This document shows, piece by piece, positions 60,255 to 64,000 of a stretch of DNA of 64,000 nucleotides. The position numbers and the translations under genes were made by a program. This stretch comes from Cyanophyceae cyanobacterium (GTDB lineage Bacteria > Cyanobacteriota > Cyanobacteriia > Cyanobacteriales > Laspinemataceae), in assembly GCA_038321985.1 (NCBI GenBank), contig JBBQFN010000004.1, positions 192,001-256,000 of the forward strand, given 5' to 3'. The notes under the pieces were generated by a model, which searched no databases, had not been told where the DNA came from, and worked only from the letters and a program-made list of their open reading frames with translations. Numbering within the stretch: the first letter of the stretch is position 1; each line of letters opens with the position of its first letter.

Positions 60255-60899
60255 ATGTCTAAAATCGTTTGGATTGCAAGACACGCGAACCGCTTAGACT
60301 TCGTAAACCCTGAATGGTTTAATACAGCAGAACGGCGTTATGATCCGCCCTTGTCGGCAGATGGGTTTTTGCAAGCGCAAGAACTAGCCGAACGTCTCAA
60401 GGGAGAACGTATAAATCACGTATTCGCCTCTCCTTTTCTGCGAACCGTACAAACTGCAAATCAGGTGGCAGAAATTTTAGACTTACCGTTGAAGCTGGAG
60501 TGGGGACTTTGTGAATGGTTAAATCCCGAGTGGATGACCGAAATGCCCGAAGTTCTCCCCCCGGAAGTGCTAGCCCCGGAATTTCCCCGAATTGATTTAA
60601 GTTATCAATCTCGGGTGGTGCCTGAGTATCCAGAATCCGATGAGGGTTGCGTCCAAAGGGCGGGAGAAACTGCCCGACGTCTTGCCGAGGAGTTTTCCGA
60701 GGACATCCTGTTGGTCGGGCATGGGGCCTCGGTGATTGGTGCTACAATTGGCCTTGCGGTAGAAGCGGCTCAAATTGAGTTGAGTGCGGCATTGTGCTGT
60801 TTGTACAAGGTGGTGCGCCAAGGGGAAAAATGGGAAATCGAACTGAAGGGCGATCGCTCTCATTTGCGAGAAATTGAAGCAGAAATCCGATTTATTTAG
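60255..60899 (+). CDS. Histidine phosphatase superfamily protein
   Basis: WIARHANR, ASPFLRTVQTA, LLVGHGA. Confidence 0.88.
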   Translation: MSKIVWIARHANRLDFVNPEWFNTAERRYDPPLSADGFLQAQELAERLKGERINHVFASPFLRTVQTANQVAEILDLPLKLEWGLCEWLNPEWMTEMPEVLPPEVLAPEFPRIDLSYQSRVVPEYPESDEGCVQRAGETARRLAEEFSEDILLVGHGASVIGATIGLAVEAAQIELSAALCCLYKVVRQGEKWEIELKGDRSHLREIEAEIRFI

Positions 60900-60956
60900 G
60901 AAGATGAAAAAGAAACCGCATTAAATCACACAGTCCATAAGCTCAGAATCAACAAG

Positions 60957-61973
60957 ATGACATTACTATTAGCCGGAGATATCGGTGGCACCAAATCCCT
61001 TTTGCGCTTGGTAGAAATGCCGACTACAGCCGACCCTTCAGGGGCGTTCCCGATCAACACCCTATATGAGGGAATTTACGCCAGTCAGCAATACCCCGAC
61101 TTAGTGCCGATTGTGGCACAGTTCATGGCCCAAGCGAGTCGGAAATTAGGACAAATCCCGGAACCGAAGGGGGCCTGTTTTGCCCTCGCGGGACCCGTCA
61201 TCGGACATAAATCTGTCCTGACTAATCTGAGTTGGACTCTAACGACGGACCGATTGGAAAAGGAACTGAACATTCCCCACGTCAAGTTAATTAACGACTT
61301 TGTAGCGGTAGGCTACGGGGTCTTGGGAATGAACCAGGACGATCTACATACGTTGCAACCGGGGGAAGCGCAAACTTCCGCCCCGATCGCCGTGATTGGC
61401 GCAGGAACAGGATTGGGACAAGGCTTTTTAATCCGGCACTTGGACGAATATTTTGTGTATCCGTCGGAAGGGGGTCATGCCGATTTTGCGCCACGAACTG
61501 CAATCGAGTTTGAACTGTTGCAAGACTTGCAGCAAAGAGAAAACATTGAGCGCGTCTCTGTGGAACGCGTGGTGTCGGGGATGGGAATTGGGTCAATTTA
61601 CCAATTCCTACGCGATCGGGCGATCGCTGCTGGGAAGAATATTTCCCCCGCAGATAAGGACCCGGCAGATATCTCAAAAGCAGCGCTGGAAAAAAGCGAC
61701 CCTTTATGCGAACAAACTTTGCAAATTTTCGTGGAAGCCTACGGTGCAGAAGCCGGAAATCTAGCCTTAAAATTACTACCCTATGGGGGATTGTATTTAG
61801 CGGGGGGAATTGCTGCCAAAATTCTGCCCTTAATTAAGGATGGCGATCGCTTTATCAAGAGCTTTAACCACAAAGGCCGAGTTAGCCCCCTTTTGGGACG
61901 CGTGCCGGTTCATATCGTTCTTAATCCCCAAGTGGGATTGATTGGTGCTGCCATTTGTGCGGCGCGGTTATAG
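60957..61973 (+). CDS. glk: Glucokinase
   Basis: AGDIGGT, INDF, GAGTGLG, SEGGH, ERVVSG, GGLYLAGGIA. Confidence 0.95.
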   Translation: MTLLLAGDIGGTKSLLRLVEMPTTADPSGAFPINTLYEGIYASQQYPDLVPIVAQFMAQASRKLGQIPEPKGACFALAGPVIGHKSVLTNLSWTLTTDRLEKELNIPHVKLINDFVAVGYGVLGMNQDDLHTLQPGEAQTSAPIAVIGAGTGLGQGFLIRHLDEYFVYPSEGGHADFAPRTAIEFELLQDLQQRENIERVSVERVVSGMGIGSIYQFLRDRAIAAGKNISPADKDPADISKAALEKSDPLCEQTLQIFVEAYGAEAGNLALKLLPYGGLYLAGGIAAKILPLIKDGDRFIKSFNHKGRVSPLLGRVPVHIVLNPQVGLIGAAICAARL

Positions 61974-61998
61974 GTAGAAAGGATAAAGTTTCAAGTTT

Positions 61999-62297
61999 TA
62001 GGGTCCGTCAGATTCCCGGATGTTTGGGCGATCGCCATCTATTCTCCGTCTGACTCAGCGGCTAGCTGTAGGGGCTGTGACCTTAGCAGGGGTCGCGCCT
62101 GCAATTCCCTGGGAAGGTGTGAGTTAGGTAGCCCGATTATGGTGCGATCGCCATTAATTTTCGGTCTGATATCAAGTCCGGTTAATCCCTCCTAAAAAGT
62201 ATCCTCATCGGTAAAGATGGATTCGCTGCCTCCCTTGGGAATGACAGCAAACTTGAGAATTGTGAGAAAATAATCCGGCTTGATATGACGGACCCTA
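61999..62297. mobile_element. Putative MITE-like element with a nested second inverted-repeat element
   Basis: Outer perfect 12-bp IR TAGGGTCCGTCA (61999-62010) / TGACGGACCCTA (62286-62297); inner imperfect IR ATATCAAGTCCGGTTA (62169-62184) / TAATCCGGCTTGATAT (62271-62286). Confidence 0.5.
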
Positions 62298-62342
62298 CCC
62301 TTTCTTATCTCTCCAATGTGAAGGGTTGCGGGTTGTTGCCAC

Positions 62343-62876
62343 TCACAACTGCTGTAAAAACTGCTTTTGATACTCTTGTTCCGTGATGATATCCTGCATA
62401 CTTTCTACCCGGTCTAAAAACACCATTCCCTCTAAATGGTCATATTCATGCTGGAAAATCCGGGCTACGAAATCCGTAAATTCTTGATGGTGTAATTTCC
62501 CATTTTGGTCCTTATATTCAACTTTGATCGCCTGATGTCTTGGCACCAGTCCTCGAATTCCTGGCACACTCAAACACCCTTCCCAATCTTTCACCCTTTG
62601 CTCAGAATAGGCGACAATTTGCGGGTCAATAATTGCCCTTGCTTCCATTTTCGGGGCGTGGGGATAGCGCAAGGTCGGACGGGAGGCCAGAATAAACACT
62701 CGATAAGGTTCAGCTATTTGGGGGGCAGCAATGCCGACTCCATGACCCGGTTTTAGGGTTGCCATTAACTCTTCGATAAGCTGGGGGAGCAAGTCTAGGT
62801 AACCGTTACTCACGGGTTGTGCAGAGGCCCGTAAGATTGGATTCCCTAATTGAACAATTTCTCGAACGTTACTCAT
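62343..62876 (-). CDS. def: Peptide deformylase
   Basis: GVGIAAPQI, EGCLSVP, QHEYDHLEG. Confidence 0.95.
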   Translation of the reverse strand: MSNVREIVQLGNPILRASAQPVSNGYLDLLPQLIEELMATLKPGHGVGIAAPQIAEPYRVFILASRPTLRYPHAPKMEARAIIDPQIVAYSEQRVKDWEGCLSVPGIRGLVPRHQAIKVEYKDQNGKLHHQEFTDFVARIFQHEYDHLEGMVFLDRVESMQDIITEQEYQKQFLQQL

Positions 62877-62931
62877 GGCTTAATTACAATATCATTAACA
62901 TATTAGACAAAATATCCCTAAAAATCAGGGC

Positions 62932-63999
62932 TTAAAAACTCGGATTTACGGGCATTTCTCCCGGTTGTACCGTCACATTCATCGTTTCCCCATCGCGGTT
63001 AATTTGTAGTTGTAAGGCCGTTCCCACTTGTGACCCTTGCACAATTTGTTGCACCGTATCTGACTGAGCAATCACCTTGTTCTCCATTCGTTGAATCACA
63101 TCACCCTCACGCAATCCGGCGCGTTCAGCGGGAGAATTGGGAGACACTCGCACAATTAATACCCCGCTATCCACCGATAACCGCATAGGGCTATTCGGGT
63201 CGGTATTCAATTCTTGCTGTAATTCCGGGGTAATGGTAATCATTTCTACCCCTAAAAAGGGATGTTGGACTTTGCCTGTGGTAATCAATTGCTGGGCGAT
63301 CGCTTGTGCGGTTTGAATGGGAATGGCAAATCCCAACCCTTGTGCACCACTAATAATCGCCGTATTCATCCCAATCACCTCCCCTCGGGCATTCAGCAAC
63401 GGACCCCCGGAGTTACCCGGATTGATTGCCGCATCAGTTTGGATAAACCCGACTCGCTTATCGGGAACCCCTACATCCTGGCTCGATCGCCCTGTGGCGC
63501 TGACAATCCCTGCGGTTACACTATTATCTAAACCCAGAGGATTACCGATCGCGATCGCCCATTCCCCGGGTTGCAGTTGTTCTGAATCTCCCATCGTCGC
63601 CTTGGGTAGATCCGTCGCCTCAATTTTCACCACCGCCACATCAGAAATCGGGTCCTCTCCCAATACCGTACCCTCAAACGTTCGCCCATCCTTAAGGACA
63701 ACACTCACCGTATCTGCACCATTAATCACATGAGCGTTCGTTAAAATCTGACCATCATCACTGATAATAAATCCCGATCCGGTCCCCCTTTCCACCCGTT
63801 GTTGTGGCTCCAGGGACCCTTGTCCGAAAAACCGGCGAAAGAACGGATCGCCAAAGGCATCGGGGATATCGCGACTCACTGTTCGCGCGGCATCAATCCG
63901 GACCACCGCAGGACCCACCTTTTCCACCGCCTCGACAATAAAATTAGAATTTACCGGCAGCGGTAAGACTCCCCGAGGGAGGGGATCGTCACTAGGAGC
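62932..63999 (-). CDS. HtrA/HhoA/HhoB family serine protease with PDZ domain (5' end outside the window)
   Basis: [33 protein letters not shown]-terminal PDZ; reading frame open to the window edge. Confidence 0.93.
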   Translation of the reverse strand, partial: APSDDPLPRGVLPLPVNSNFIVEAVEKVGPAVVRIDAARTVSRDIPDAFGDPFFRRFFGQGSLEPQQRVERGTGSGFIISDDGQILTNAHVINGADTVSVVLKDGRTFEGTVLGEDPISDVAVVKIEATDLPKATMGDSEQLQPGEWAIAIGNPLGLDNSVTAGIVSATGRSSQDVGVPDKRVGFIQTDAAINPGNSGGPLLNARGEVIGMNTAIISGAQGLGFAIPIQTAQAIAQQLITTGKVQHPFLGVEMITITPELQQELNTDPNSPMRLSVDSGVLIVRVSPNSPAERAGLREGDVIQRMENKVIAQSDTVQQIVQGSQVGTALQLQINRDGETMNVTVQPGEMPVNPSF

Positions 64000-64000
64000 G

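Larger units (their letters stand above)
1..64000. repeat. HIP1 octamer GCGATCGC dispersed through the window
   Basis: Dozens of copies in coding and intergenic sequence, a cyanobacterial hallmark. Confidence 0.95.

Overview
Chromosomal window from a cyanobacterium: the HIP1 octamer GCGATCGC occurs throughout, and the repeat families suggest an Oscillatoriales-type filamentous strain (inference). The left end is a decaying toxin-antitoxin cluster (DUF6883/DUF4926 pair, hsdM remnant, nonsense-inactivated hicA with intact hicB, Doc toxin pair). Core genes follow: ArsA/Get3-like ATPase, DUF4912 protein, ftn2, pdhA, argS, dapF, hfq, a KefC-like antiporter, an M23 peptidase, a ComFB protein and cobA. 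Further right are an slr1658/slr1659-type partner-switching module with a sensor-less histidine kinase, a DAHP synthase, a wzm/wzt plus glycosyltransferase cluster, rnhA, treZ-treY-treH, an NtcA/NtcB-type nitrate cluster (nirA-ferredoxin fusion, two unknown paralogous membrane proteins, nrtP, narB), a PIN TA pair, glk, def and a partial HtrA protease. The most striking observation is not in the ORF track. The DAHP synthase, which lacks an N-terminal regulatory domain, is preceded by two consecutive classical-looking ribosome-dependent attenuators. Each has an aromatic-rich leader peptide (MLNRSPFFYYWFILVHQR and MNPNLHNWFFGFYFWLRKSSG), a competing antiterminator and an intrinsic terminator. Also notable is a LigA-derived OB/Zn-finger/HhH DNA-binding head, with no catalytic domain, fused to a long coiled coil and a C-terminal membrane anchor. 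No rRNA, tRNA or CRISPR array was recognised.
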